Source: an uncultured bacterium (GTDB taxonomy: Bacteria > AUK180). From it: 60,858 bases of DNA. Shown here in pieces: positions 36,154 to 45,399 of the stretch (within the stretch, counting starts at the first letter, position 1; every line of letters starts with the position of its first letter). A model generated the notes under the pieces. That model was not told the DNA's origin. It did no database searches and saw nothing but the letters and a program-made list of their open reading frames with translations. The position numbers and the translations under genes are program-made. Location of the stretch: assembly GCA_937863565.1 (NCBI GenBank), contig CALMGJ010000021.1, forward strand, positions 1-60,858. Reading direction: 5' to 3'.

Positions 36154-38784
36154 ATGAAAATCAAAGGAATCCTTATCCTTACCGTTTTTCTTTTCTTGGG
36201 CGTATCGTCATTTTCGCTTGAGCTCATCAAGAACACACGGATGCCGGCTTTATGCGTCGAGCATATGTCCAATTGCGGCGTAGGCCCGATGAGCGGCCCC
36301 CAGTACCTATACACATCCGAGAGGGGTTTCGGTTATTTCTACTGGGACAGCACTTTTGGAGTATATAACGGGTTGTTCCAGTGGGGTTTTCAGGGCCGGC
36401 CCCATTCGGTCTATATGGACAAGGGCCTGATGAACATGTTTTATATTTATGATGACAATGCCAACGGAGGGGATAATGTCTCGCCCGGCCTGCATAAGGT
36501 CCAGTTCTCGACCGGAATGGAGATCGCGGGATACTTGACGGATGATATCCAGGCCGCAGTTACGATATCGCAGTTCGCGGATACGGTGGAGAACACTTAT
36601 ATCATAGTCAACGGATATCTTCAGGCCCTTGATTCTAATCTCGGCTATCTGTGGGGAAGCGCCATGCCTCTCGGCTCGCTTGCCATGGCCTCGGGCCCTG
36701 TCAAAATGATTCAGCATCCGGATCGCGAGGGAATATTCTACATTTCCGCTCCCGGCACGTACAATGTTTTTGCCGTGGACGCAAGATACGAGAGCGGCCA
36801 TAATGAAAGCCCCGTTGTATACCCCGGCATAGTGAGCACATACAGCATCCAGGATTATACTTTTCTCGGGAACAACTCCATCGCGATCGCGGACAGTAAC
36901 TCGGTGATCCAGCAATGGAATGTGACCCCTTGGTCGGGTTATGAGACACAACCCGCATATATGTCGCCCACATACGATTTCACCTGGTCCAATTACCTTT
37001 CCACGATAGACAGGATAGAATCCGATACGGATTCAACGAGGATGTTCTGTCTTTCCCAGTACGATAAAAAAGTGATCTCCTACAATTACAATAACCAGAA
37101 TTACGGCAATGAGTACAATGTGTCCGGCGATCCTGTGGACATTTTCATCAATAAACACGACAATATCCTTTTCATAACAAGAAAGAACCAGGATCCCGTG
37201 ATAACCGACCTCTCGTCTTTCCCGGCGATAAATAAGGAATTTATCATAATCGATCAGACCTGGGCCATTGGCGAGGTCCCTATGGGCGCTTTGTCCGCCG
37301 GGGGGAATACCGTGATATTCAACGGTTACAATACCATCCAGCTTCTTAATAATGCGGACGACCTGAATCCAGTGTCCACATACGCCATCTATACATCAAC
37401 CTACAATAACTGGGGTTCAAAGGGAAAGAGTTCCATTGCGCTTGATTACGATACTTCAACGGATCACTCGACATCACAGAACTTTCTTGTGAAGAACGGC
37501 AATTACTATACACTGTTCGCCGCCCCGTATTCCGATCTTTACCGTGACAACTTTTATTATAAACCTCATTCCATGATGGCGGAGGCCTATTCGGATATCG
37601 TCTTTACCGATACCTCCAATTTCTACGCTTTCGGCGACACCGGGGTCATCATGATAAATCCCGGCAATCCCGGTTCGATCTCGTCTTACATAGAACTCAA
37701 TTATTTCATGTCCGGAGGACCTTATGCGATGGATTATAATCCTGCAACAAGGCAGATAGTAGGTTACTATTACAATGCCGGTTCTTTCCTTTTTGTTATA
37801 GATGCCACGAACAATAATGTGCTCTATGACGGGGCGATGCCCGGAAGTTATATGGTAAAGGACAGGTTCATTCAAAGGTCCTTCAGTGTACTCTCTAAGG
37901 AGAATATACTCGTTTTTATCGACAACAACGACACTTCTTTCCTCCGGATGATAAAACTCAATTCAGGGTCCGATCCCGCATACTTGAACAGTTATTCACA
38001 CTCTTCCACAACTATCAACGGGATAGATGTAATGGGAGGTTCCATTCTGGTGATGTCCGATGTGAACTATGATCTGTATCTGAGCGATGTCAATGAAACA
38101 TCCGGAGATCTTGAGAATACGACATATACGAATGTCGGCAACCATAATCACTTCCAGTGCTTCGACACCAATAAAATACTTGTGAATACATCAAAAACCG
38201 ATTACAAGATCTATCGGCATATAAACCTTTCCGCGCCGTACAACCTCACAGGCAGCGCTCCGAATTACCATACCGTCAGTTTGTCCTGGTCAGACGATAA
38301 TAATAATGAGTATGGGTATAAGGTCTTTTACAGAACATACGGCACTGCGGACTGGAATGCTCCCGAAACAACATCGATACCCTCATATACGCGCGACGAC
38401 CTGATGGAGAACACGACCTATGAATTCATGGTAAGGTCATATAACGATATCTGCGACTCGCCTGATTCCAATATCTTTGAGATAACGACTCCGGGATCCG
38501 TTGAAGAAGAATCGAAATTCCTTCTTGGCCCCAATCCCACTCATCAGTACCTGAACCTTGCCGGTCTTCCCATCGGAACGAAAATAAGGATATTATCGCA
38601 GTCAGGTCATGATATTATAAGAACTTTCAATATATCCATGGACCCGACCACGCTGGATTTCCTCAATGATTCGATCCTTACACCGATCCCCGGTATCTAT
38701 TATCTTGTGCTCGTCTATCCGGATGATAAAAAACCTTATGTCCATCCCTTCATCTACATACCTTATGAAGGAGGTATGAAATGA
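36154..38784 (+). CDS. Secreted Tyr/Asn/Ser-rich beta-rich protein with FN3 domain and T9SS-like C-terminal domain
   Basis: Signal peptide; FN3 motif APYNLT...LSWSD...GYKV...L..NTTYEF.VRSYN; C-terminus LGPNPTHQYL...IRILSQSG...PGIYYLVL. Confidence 0.7.
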   Translation: MKIKGILILTVFLFLGVSSFSLELIKNTRMPALCVEHMSNCGVGPMSGPQYLYTSERGFGYFYWDSTFGVYNGLFQWGFQGRPHSVYMDKGLMNMFYIYDDNANGGDNVSPGLHKVQFSTGMEIAGYLTDDIQAAVTISQFADTVENTYIIVNGYLQALDSNLGYLWGSAMPLGSLAMASGPVKMIQHPDREGIFYISAPGTYNVFAVDARYESGHNESPVVYPGIVSTYSIQDYTFLGNNSIAIADSNSVIQQWNVTPWSGYETQPAYMSPTYDFTWSNYLSTIDRIESDTDSTRMFCLSQYDKKVISYNYNNQNYGNEYNVSGDPVDIFINKHDNILFITRKNQDPVITDLSSFPAINKEFIIIDQTWAIGEVPMGALSAGGNTVIFNGYNTIQLLNNADDLNPVSTYAIYTSTYNNWGSKGKSSIALDYDTSTDHSTSQNFLVKNGNYYTLFAAPYSDLYRDNFYYKPHSMMAEAYSDIVFTDTSNFYAFGDTGVIMINPGNPGSISSYIELNYFMSGGPYAMDYNPATRQIVGYYYNAGSFLFVIDATNNNVLYDGAMPGSYMVKDRFIQRSFSVLSKENILVFIDNNDTSFLRMIKLNSGSDPAYLNSYSHSSTTINGIDVMGGSILVMSDVNYDLYLSDVNETSGDLENTTYTNVGNHNHFQCFDTNKILVNTSKTDYKIYRHINLSAPYNLTGSAPNYHTVSLSWSDDNNNEYGYKVFYRTYGTADWNAPETTSIPSYTRDDLMENTTYEFMVRSYNDICDSPDSNIFEITTPGSVEEESKFLLGPNPTHQYLNLAGLPIGTKIRILSQSGHDIIRTFNISMDPTTLDFLNDSILTPIPGIYYLVLVYPDDKKPYVHPFIYIPYEGGMK

Positions 38785-40232
38785 AAAGATCTCTCCTTCT
38801 TTCTTTGATATTCGTCCTTTCCGCTTCGATCTTTACCGGCGAACTTCCCGTAAGCGAACTTTATATCATTACAGACGGCCTGAATCTATCGCTCGCCGGC
38901 GGCATTACGGAGAACAACGGGCTTTCCGCCTCTTTTTTCAATCCTGCCGCGCTTAATTTCGCGGAGAATAAATTCAATGCCCGCGCAAATATGTTCTTGG
39001 GATATTTCAAGGGCGCGGAAACGCAGAATTTCGCATTTTCCGCAAATCCGTTCAAGAACTTCTTCCTGGGCCTGTCCGCAACGATGGTCCATACGCCTTC
39101 AATGACGCTATCCGACGGGACGGGATTTGTAATTGAGGAAAACTGGCAGGCCGATCCTGCGAATATCCTGTGCGCCAACATTGCTTACAGGATCAACGAT
39201 ATATTCTCTGCCGGCTTCGGTTTTTCATCTTATGCGATAAAACTCGTAACAGTTGATTTGATGACGTCGAACATCAACGATTATTCAAAGGATTACGCTT
39301 ATTCATCCTTCGGCATCACGGCGAATATCAAAGGATACAGGCTGGGTCTTTCCACCACGAACATTCTCTCCCTTTCCGGGGACGAAAGCGCACCGGTCGC
39401 CGTTTCTCTGATGGCAGGGAAGAGATTTTTAAAAGACGCCTTCGGAGTGAATTTCATTTTCCAGCAGCTCGGTAAATTCACAGAGCATAATACAAATATC
39501 GGACTTGGTGCGGAGTATACGTTCTTCAAGATGCTCTCGCTCAGGTTCTCCTATTTCAAGCAGAACGACCTTGCCGTCGGCCTCAATTTCGGTCTGGGCT
39601 TCAAATACAAGATGGCATCCTTCGATTATACTTTCTCGGTCACCGAGTATGAACCGGTCCACTATTTCTCCCTGGGCTTCTCGATCGCTCCCCTGGGCGG
39701 GCCTGCTCCTGCCGATATAGTGAAAAAGGAAAAGGTCACGAAAAAGCCTCCGGTCAAAAAATTGCCGCCCAAGAAAGAAACAAAGGAACCCGAAAAGGAA
39801 GTAAAACCGAAAACTCCGCCTACAGAAAAGATGCTCGTCGCCGTTCTCGATTTCGAAGGCAAGAACATATCCAAGCAGGATGCGGAGATCATCACGGACT
39901 TCATCCGGCAGGAAATGATCAATTCGGATTTCTTCAAGCTTTTGGAAAGAGGGGCGATCAATGATATCCTCGGCGAAGTGAACTTCCAGCAGTCCGGTTG
40001 TACTTCAGCCGAATGTGCGGTCCAGATAGGAAAGATCCTTGCCGTACGCAAGATGGTCGTTGGCAATGTCTCCCAGCTCGGGAAAAAATATTTCGTCACG
40101 CTGAGGATGGTCGATGTCGAAACCTCCGAGGTCGAAGTGGCTACCTCGATAAGCGTTGAAGGCGGCATAGAGGATCTTCCTTCGTATATGAAGGAACTGG
40201 TCGATAAAGCTGTGGAAGCATTGTACAAATAA
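38781..40232 (+). CDS. PorV/UPF0164-like outer-membrane beta-barrel fused through a Pro/Lys linker to a CsgG/TolB-N-like domain
   Basis: Signal peptide; SASFFNPAAL (PorV/FadL NPA motif); strands ending GLGAEY..LSLRFSY..GLGFKY..FDY..HYFSLGF; then VAVLDF...LLER..I..IL.E..FQQSGC...CAVQIGKIL. Confidence 0.7.
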   Translation: MKRSLLLSLIFVLSASIFTGELPVSELYIITDGLNLSLAGGITENNGLSASFFNPAALNFAENKFNARANMFLGYFKGAETQNFAFSANPFKNFFLGLSATMVHTPSMTLSDGTGFVIEENWQADPANILCANIAYRINDIFSAGFGFSSYAIKLVTVDLMTSNINDYSKDYAYSSFGITANIKGYRLGLSTTNILSLSGDESAPVAVSLMAGKRFLKDAFGVNFIFQQLGKFTEHNTNIGLGAEYTFFKMLSLRFSYFKQNDLAVGLNFGLGFKYKMASFDYTFSVTEYEPVHYFSLGFSIAPLGGPAPADIVKKEKVTKKPPVKKLPPKKETKEPEKEVKPKTPPTEKMLVAVLDFEGKNISKQDAEIITDFIRQEMINSDFFKLLERGAINDILGEVNFQQSGCTSAECAVQIGKILAVRKMVVGNVSQLGKKYFVTLRMVDVETSEVEVATSISVEGGIEDLPSYMKELVDKAVEALYK

Positions 40233-40240
40233 AAACCGGC

Positions 40241-41077
40241 TTGTTCGATCTTAATTTCCTGGCCCAAAAAGGAGCTGATTGCCCGATATCGCCGGAAAAG
40301 AGCGGGGAGCTGGAAAAATATCTCATCGATCAAGGTTTTCATAAAAGAAAGGATGATGACGGAGAGCTGCTGTTCGAGAAGAACCGTCCCGGTAATTCCC
40401 TTTGGTACATCAGGTTCTCAAAATACTACACTGCAGTCCGGCTCGATAAAAAGAAAGGGCTTCTTTTTATTTCAACGGAAAGAACCCCGTTCACGGTCTT
40501 CGCTCTTTCGGAACTGAAAAAAATGAAGGCATTCAGGGCTGGAATATACGGGATAATGGGAGTAACTCCGCCTTCAAGCGACGGCTTCAGGAAGCTCAAC
40601 TCTTTATTTTTCAAACTCCATCCGCTTATTCCGCTCTATCTTGTGATCACGGCAGCTTTTCTGTATTTCACGGCCACAGGAGGATATTTTTTCCTTAAGA
40701 ACCGCGCCTATGTCCTCAGTGAAAGATTCAGATGGGAGGATGCGGAAAGTGCGATAAAGAAAGCCAGGGAACTCAACGGGCAGGTGCTGTTCATTTATTT
40801 CAATAAAAAAGATGAATGGTACAGATACGATTTCCGTAATATTTTTTCGGGCCGCCGTTTGAATAAATATCTCGAAGAGAAAAGGATCTATCCGGTCAAG
40901 GTAGAGATCGAAAGATACGAAGAACTTGCAGAGCATATGATCTGCCGAACGCCTTTTATGAGGCTGGCGGACCCTGATGGAACCGTCAAGGTCGAAAGCG
41001 ATTTCATTATCGATAAAAAGGACCTGATCGAGACAATCGAGCTGAAAAGGTTCAAATTAATTGAAAAAACATTTTAA
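40241..41077 (+). CDS. Hypothetical membrane protein with C-terminal thioredoxin-like fold lacking CxxC
   Basis: One central TM; W.D.ESA..KA......VLFIYF...YPVKV...TP pattern. Start codon uncertain. Confidence 0.45.
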   Translation: MFDLNFLAQKGADCPISPEKSGELEKYLIDQGFHKRKDDDGELLFEKNRPGNSLWYIRFSKYYTAVRLDKKKGLLFISTERTPFTVFALSELKKMKAFRAGIYGIMGVTPPSSDGFRKLNSLFFKLHPLIPLYLVITAAFLYFTATGGYFFLKNRAYVLSERFRWEDAESAIKKARELNGQVLFIYFNKKDEWYRYDFRNIFSGRRLNKYLEEKRIYPVKVEIERYEELAEHMICRTPFMRLADPDGTVKVESDFIIDKKDLIETIELKRFKLIEKTF

Positions 41078-41089
41078 ATAATGTATAAT
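41061..41089 (+). promoter_or_regulatory. Leaderless-type promoter
   Basis: TTGAAA-17-TATAAT; 5 nt to ATG 41095. Confidence 0.7.
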
Positions 41090-41094
41090 ACATT

Positions 41095-41838
41095 ATGAAG
41101 AGGCTTTTCCGCGTGATCTTAATTATTCTGGCAGTTGACCTCGTGTTCGCGGACAATGTGCTTTATTCATTCATAGAACCCGATAAAAAGACGGCTGAAA
41201 CAGCCGGCGGTATCGTAAATATGACCTCGTTCGAAAATATATACGAAAAGGCCCTCATTTTTCATGATACTGCAGATAAGCGCAGTTCCCAGAGAATATC
41301 CTTCGACGCAGGAGCGCTCAAATTGGATATAGATTACGACTATTTCTATAAAATGCTCGCCGAACTCGGTCTTGAAAAAAGCAGCATGCTGATCTTTGCG
41401 ACCCCGGACGAGAAAAATAAGGCGGAAACCTTTTCGGCGGAAATGAAGGGCCGCGGGATCACCCCCGATATTTTTTACGAGAACGATTCGGTCATGTTCA
41501 TAAAAAGTTTCAAGGAGCAGGGGTCGAAATACGGGATTATTGTCCTGTTCCAGGATTGTCCGCTTCTTAATAAAGGCAATCAGAAACTGATCGCTTCGAT
41601 CCTTATTTCCATAAAAAAAGTGCTGATAACGCTGGGGATCGCAGGGAATTTCCCGGGTATACTGAATTTCGTTCCTTCGCCCGATTCACTTGGTAAGGCG
41701 ATGAAAGAATTCTTCTCGGGGAAGAACCTGAAAGGAAATGTCACGGTCAATGAACTGTATTTCAACCTGAGAATGGCAGCGGTGATAAGAATGCAATTCA
41801 AAACGGAATTCTTGAATAAGGTAAAAACGGTCATGTAG
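41095..41838 (+). CDS. Secreted protein, divergent ABC substrate-binding (ABC_sub_bind-like)
   Basis: Signal peptide; C-terminal LYFNLRMAAVIRMQF..EFL pattern resembles this family. Confidence 0.5.
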   Translation: MKRLFRVILIILAVDLVFADNVLYSFIEPDKKTAETAGGIVNMTSFENIYEKALIFHDTADKRSSQRISFDAGALKLDIDYDYFYKMLAELGLEKSSMLIFATPDEKNKAETFSAEMKGRGITPDIFYENDSVMFIKSFKEQGSKYGIIVLFQDCPLLNKGNQKLIASILISIKKVLITLGIAGNFPGILNFVPSPDSLGKAMKEFFSGKNLKGNVTVNELYFNLRMAAVIRMQFKTEFLNKVKTVM

Positions 41839-41847
41839 GAGGAGAGG

Positions 41848-42777
41848 ATGCCCAAAACCGGTACATGCGAGATGTTTAAAAAAGCGAATGATGGAGGTTA
41901 CGCTGTAGGCGCTTTCAATATCAATGACATGGAGATACTTCAGGGTATAGTCGAAGCTGCGGACGAACTTTCCGCTCCGCTTATACTCCAGGTGTCTGCC
42001 GGGGCCAGGAAATATGCCCGGCATGAATATCTGATGAAACTTTTCGAAGCCGCGGTGGAAACGAGCAGGATCCCGATAGCCCTTCACCTTGATCACGGCG
42101 ATTCGTTCGAATTATGCAAAGCCGTCATTGACGGCGGATTCTCATCGGTGATGATAGACGGTTCGAAATATCCTTTCGAGGAGAATATTGCCCTCACAAA
42201 AAAAGTTGTCGAATACGCTCATCCCAGAGGTATCCCCGTCGAAGCAGAACTCGGGAAGCTGGCCGGCGTCGAGGATGATGTGAAGGTCGCCGCGAATGAA
42301 GCTGTTTATACCGACCCGAAGGAGGCCGCGGAATTCGTTGAAAGGACAGGATGCGATTCTCTTGCGGTCGCAATAGGCACGAGCCACGGCGCGTACAAGT
42401 TCAAATCTGAAGCCAAACTAAATTTTGAACGCCTCGGCGAGATCCAAAAACTCCTTCCCGAGAAATACCCTCTGGTACTTCACGGAGCTTCCTCGGTCCT
42501 TACGGAGTTCGTGGAGATGTGCAATAAATTCGGCGGACAGCTCAAGAATGCCAAAGGCGTTCCCGAAGAGATGATCAAAAAAGCCGCTTCTATGAATGTT
42601 GCCAAGGTGAATATCGATACCGATCTGCGCCTTGCCATGACCGCCTCGATAAGAAGAGTGTTCACAGAGCAACCCGGAGAGTTCGATCCGAGAAAATACT
42701 TAGGTCCCGCAAGGGATGCGATACGCGATATGGTCAAAAGAAAACTGGCCGTGCTCGGCTGCGGCGGAAAAGCATAA
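41848..42777 (+). CDS. fba: Fructose-1,6-bisphosphate aldolase class II
   Basis: YAVGAFN, LHLDHG, SVMIDGS, VEAELG, IGTSHGAYK, LVLHGAS, KVNIDTD, FDPRKYL. Confidence 0.95.
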   Translation: MPKTGTCEMFKKANDGGYAVGAFNINDMEILQGIVEAADELSAPLILQVSAGARKYARHEYLMKLFEAAVETSRIPIALHLDHGDSFELCKAVIDGGFSSVMIDGSKYPFEENIALTKKVVEYAHPRGIPVEAELGKLAGVEDDVKVAANEAVYTDPKEAAEFVERTGCDSLAVAIGTSHGAYKFKSEAKLNFERLGEIQKLLPEKYPLVLHGASSVLTEFVEMCNKFGGQLKNAKGVPEEMIKKAASMNVAKVNIDTDLRLAMTASIRRVFTEQPGEFDPRKYLGPARDAIRDMVKRKLAVLGCGGKA

Positions 42778-42791
42778 TAAAGGAGTGGATA

Positions 42792-43991
42792 ATGAAAAGA
42801 ACGATCGTTTTTGTGCTTATCTTAGCGGTGGTATTGTCTTTCGGCGATACACTGAACGTTAAAAATGAGATATACATCATCAAGGAGGGAGACTGCTTGT
42901 GGAATATTGCAAAGGCATACTATTCGAATCCTTTCCTGTGGCCCAAGATCTGGGAGAACAACGGTTATATTAAAAACCCCGATCTCATCTTCCCCGATGA
43001 TCAGCTTGTAATACCCGATGTTTCTGCGCCCGCCGAAGTGGAGACAGAGATAGTTGAAGAGGTCAAGACCGAAACGAAGCCCGAAACAACTCCTGCCGAA
43101 ACGGTGGTCACGGAAACAAAACCCGAAACGTCGCCGGCAGAAACCGTAGTTACAGAACCTATACCGGAACCTGTTGTGGAAACCGTCGAGGAAGTGACCG
43201 TTGAGGAAGAGAAAGAACCTGTAACGGAGACCGTAAAAGAAGAAGAACTAATGCTCGAACCCGTCAAGGAAGAGGAGATCAAGATCGTCAAAGACGAAGA
43301 GATACCTATCACATATGACAATATAATACTTCAGAGCGGCGGGATCATCCAGGAAAGCGAGATCGGAAAGGACGGATACCTTGTTGGATTCGAGGATATT
43401 TATAAATCATTCCATTCCGAGGCGGAAACGGCTTTTATAAATCTATATGGACCGGCCGCCGTGGGAGATGTATATATGATCTATACGCTTGAAGGCAACA
43501 TTAAAGACCCCCAGACCAAGGCATCGCTCGGGAAGAAACTCGTCGTAAGAGGCCTTCTTACCGTATCTGCTGTCGAAGAAGGGGTAACAAAAGCCTATAT
43601 AAAAAAATCATTCACCAATCTTACTGCCGGATTTTCCCTTGTGAAATATCAGCCTGAGAACTGGCTGTATTTTCCGGAAAAAGATGCTCCTTCCGTTAAG
43701 GAAGGCGTCATCGCCGGCCTTAAGGACGAGAACGATCTGATCGGCAAGATACAGGATATCATCTATGTCAATCTCGGTAAAGGGGAAGGAGTGAAGCAGG
43801 GGCAGGAATTCCTCGTTCTGAAAAAAACAAGGAAGATGAAGGATCCCGAAGGCGGCAGCGCCGAAACCGATATGAAAGAGATCGGCCTTATCAGGATTGT
43901 AAAAGTGTTCGAGTATACTTCTGCGGCGGTCATCCTCAAGATAAACGACATTATCTCTACCGGCGATCCCGTAGTATATAAGGAGTTCTGA
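42792..43991 (+). CDS. LysM peptidoglycan-binding protein, TsaP-like
   Basis: YIIKEGDCLWNIAKAYYSNPFLWPKIWENNGYIKNPDLIFP; acidic linker; C-terminal beta domains; lies upstream of dprA. Confidence 0.8.
   Translation: MKRTIVFVLILAVVLSFGDTLNVKNEIYIIKEGDCLWNIAKAYYSNPFLWPKIWENNGYIKNPDLIFPDDQLVIPDVSAPAEVETEIVEEVKTETKPETTPAETVVTETKPETSPAETVVTEPIPEPVVETVEEVTVEEEKEPVTETVKEEELMLEPVKEEEIKIVKDEEIPITYDNIILQSGGIIQESEIGKDGYLVGFEDIYKSFHSEAETAFINLYGPAAVGDVYMIYTLEGNIKDPQTKASLGKKLVVRGLLTVSAVEEGVTKAYIKKSFTNLTAGFSLVKYQPENWLYFPEKDAPSVKEGVIAGLKDENDLIGKIQDIIYVNLGKGEGVKQGQEFLVLKKTRKMKDPEGGSAETDMKEIGLIRIVKVFEYTSAAVILKINDIISTGDPVVYKEF
43071..43154 (+). repeat. Two tandem 42-nt (14-aa) coding repeats ETKPET(T/S)PAETVVT
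   Basis: The protein repeat is nearly exact, while the DNA copies differ at synonymous positions. Confidence 0.8.
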
Positions 43992-43992
43992 A

Positions 43993-44373
43993 ATGAGAAG
44001 GGGCGGTTCTTTAATAGGAACGATAATCATAATCCTGATCCTTGTTGCCGTCGTTCTTTTCGCCCTGCCGTGGATCAGGTACTTCAATGAGATCAATGCC
44101 GTGAAAAGAGCTTTGGAGCAGACAAAGAACTATGTTGTCAGTGAAGCAAGACATGACATCGATGACGGAGAGATCATGCAGAGATTCGATGACGAGATCA
44201 GAGGCAAAGTGAAAGAGCACTTCAGCGAGGCTTTCATCATTACCAGGCTTCCGGAGAATAAGTTCCGCTTCCAATACAGCTACTACAACTATAACATGAT
44301 CGTACCAATACTGAAGATCAAGTTCAAGGATATAGAAGAAAAGATTATTGAAGGAAAAGAATTCGGCATATAA
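43993..44373 (+). CDS. Small pilin-like/DUF4845-like membrane protein
   Basis: MRRG-GSLIGTIIIILILVAVV resembles a prepilin N-terminus. Confidence 0.5.
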   Translation: MRRGGSLIGTIIIILILVAVVLFALPWIRYFNEINAVKRALEQTKNYVVSEARHDIDDGEIMQRFDDEIRGKVKEHFSEAFIITRLPENKFRFQYSYYNYNMIVPILKIKFKDIEEKIIEGKEFGI

Positions 44374-45397
44374 AGAACATCTGAGATTCAACTCATGTGA
44401 TTTTTCCGTAGTATTCCAGGAAAAGGTGCGTTCCGTTCTCGGAGGCCCTGCTGCCCTGTTCAAGGATACGGGAAAACTGCAATTGACCGACAATCAGAAA
44501 AGGAAACTAGACGATTCAATGAAGGTTCCCGTGGAGGAGATCGAGGAAAAGATCCGTTCACAAGGCGCGGATCTGATCTCCATCGATGATGAAGATTATC
44601 CGGAGGAATTAAGGAACATCTACGGCGCGCCGATGCTCCTTTACATGAAAGGCGATAGATCGCTTCTCGGCAAGGAGATGTTCGCGATCGTGGGTTCCCG
44701 GAAGATAACCGCTTATGGGAAAGCCATTGCATCCGATTTCGCTTCTAAGATCGCCGGCTCGGGATTTCCCGTGGTCTCCGGCCTGGCGGCCGGCGCGGAC
44801 AGCAGTGCACATAAAGGGGCAATGAAAACGGGCAGTACCGTTGCGGTCCTCGCAACGGGGATCGACCTGTGTTATCCGGCCTTTAATGAATTGCTTAAAA
44901 AAGAAATAGAGGCTAAAGGGCTGGTGCTGACCGAGTTTTTCCCCGGGACATCAGCCGAACCGTTCAGATTTCCTGTCAGGAACAGGATAATATCAGGGCT
45001 TAGCAGAGCAGTCCTTGTCGTTGAGGCAAGGAGAAAGAGCGGTTCTCTGATCACCGCAAAATACGCCATAGACCAGGGGCGGGAGGTTTATGCGGTTCCG
45101 GGGGACATCAACAGGAGCGCGTCGGAAGGTACGAATTTTCTGATCAAGAACGCAATGGCGCATATGGTAACGGACCTGTCCGATATTGAGGGCGTCTCCT
45201 CCGTGAAGCCTCCCGAACAGGAGATTACGCCGGAAGAGGAAACGGTCGGGAAACTCATAGATGAAGGCATAGATAATTTTGACGATCTGCTGGAGAGAAC
45301 GGGAATGGATTTCGGCCGGCTGAGTGAACTGCTGTTCTCTCTTGAAATAAAAAATAAAATAGTTAAAATATCAAATAATTCCTACAGAGGAGTGTAG
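44348..45397 (+). CDS. dprA: DNA processing protein DprA/Smf
   Basis: YPEEL, AIVGSR, VSGLA.GAD, FPVRNRIISGLS, SGSLITA, GREVYAVPG. Confidence 0.95.
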   Translation: MKEKNSAYKEHLRFNSCDFSVVFQEKVRSVLGGPAALFKDTGKLQLTDNQKRKLDDSMKVPVEEIEEKIRSQGADLISIDDEDYPEELRNIYGAPMLLYMKGDRSLLGKEMFAIVGSRKITAYGKAIASDFASKIAGSGFPVVSGLAAGADSSAHKGAMKTGSTVAVLATGIDLCYPAFNELLKKEIEAKGLVLTEFFPGTSAEPFRFPVRNRIISGLSRAVLVVEARRKSGSLITAKYAIDQGREVYAVPGDINRSASEGTNFLIKNAMAHMVTDLSDIEGVSSVKPPEQEITPEEETVGKLIDEGIDNFDDLLERTGMDFGRLSELLFSLEIKNKIVKISNNSYRGV

Positions 45398-45399
45398 CG

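Noticed and set aside
41848-42777. Class II aldolase as the missing BMC signature enzyme
   Set aside because: It looks like ordinary glycolytic Fba, has no encapsulation-peptide extension and lies 16 kb away in a housekeeping operon.
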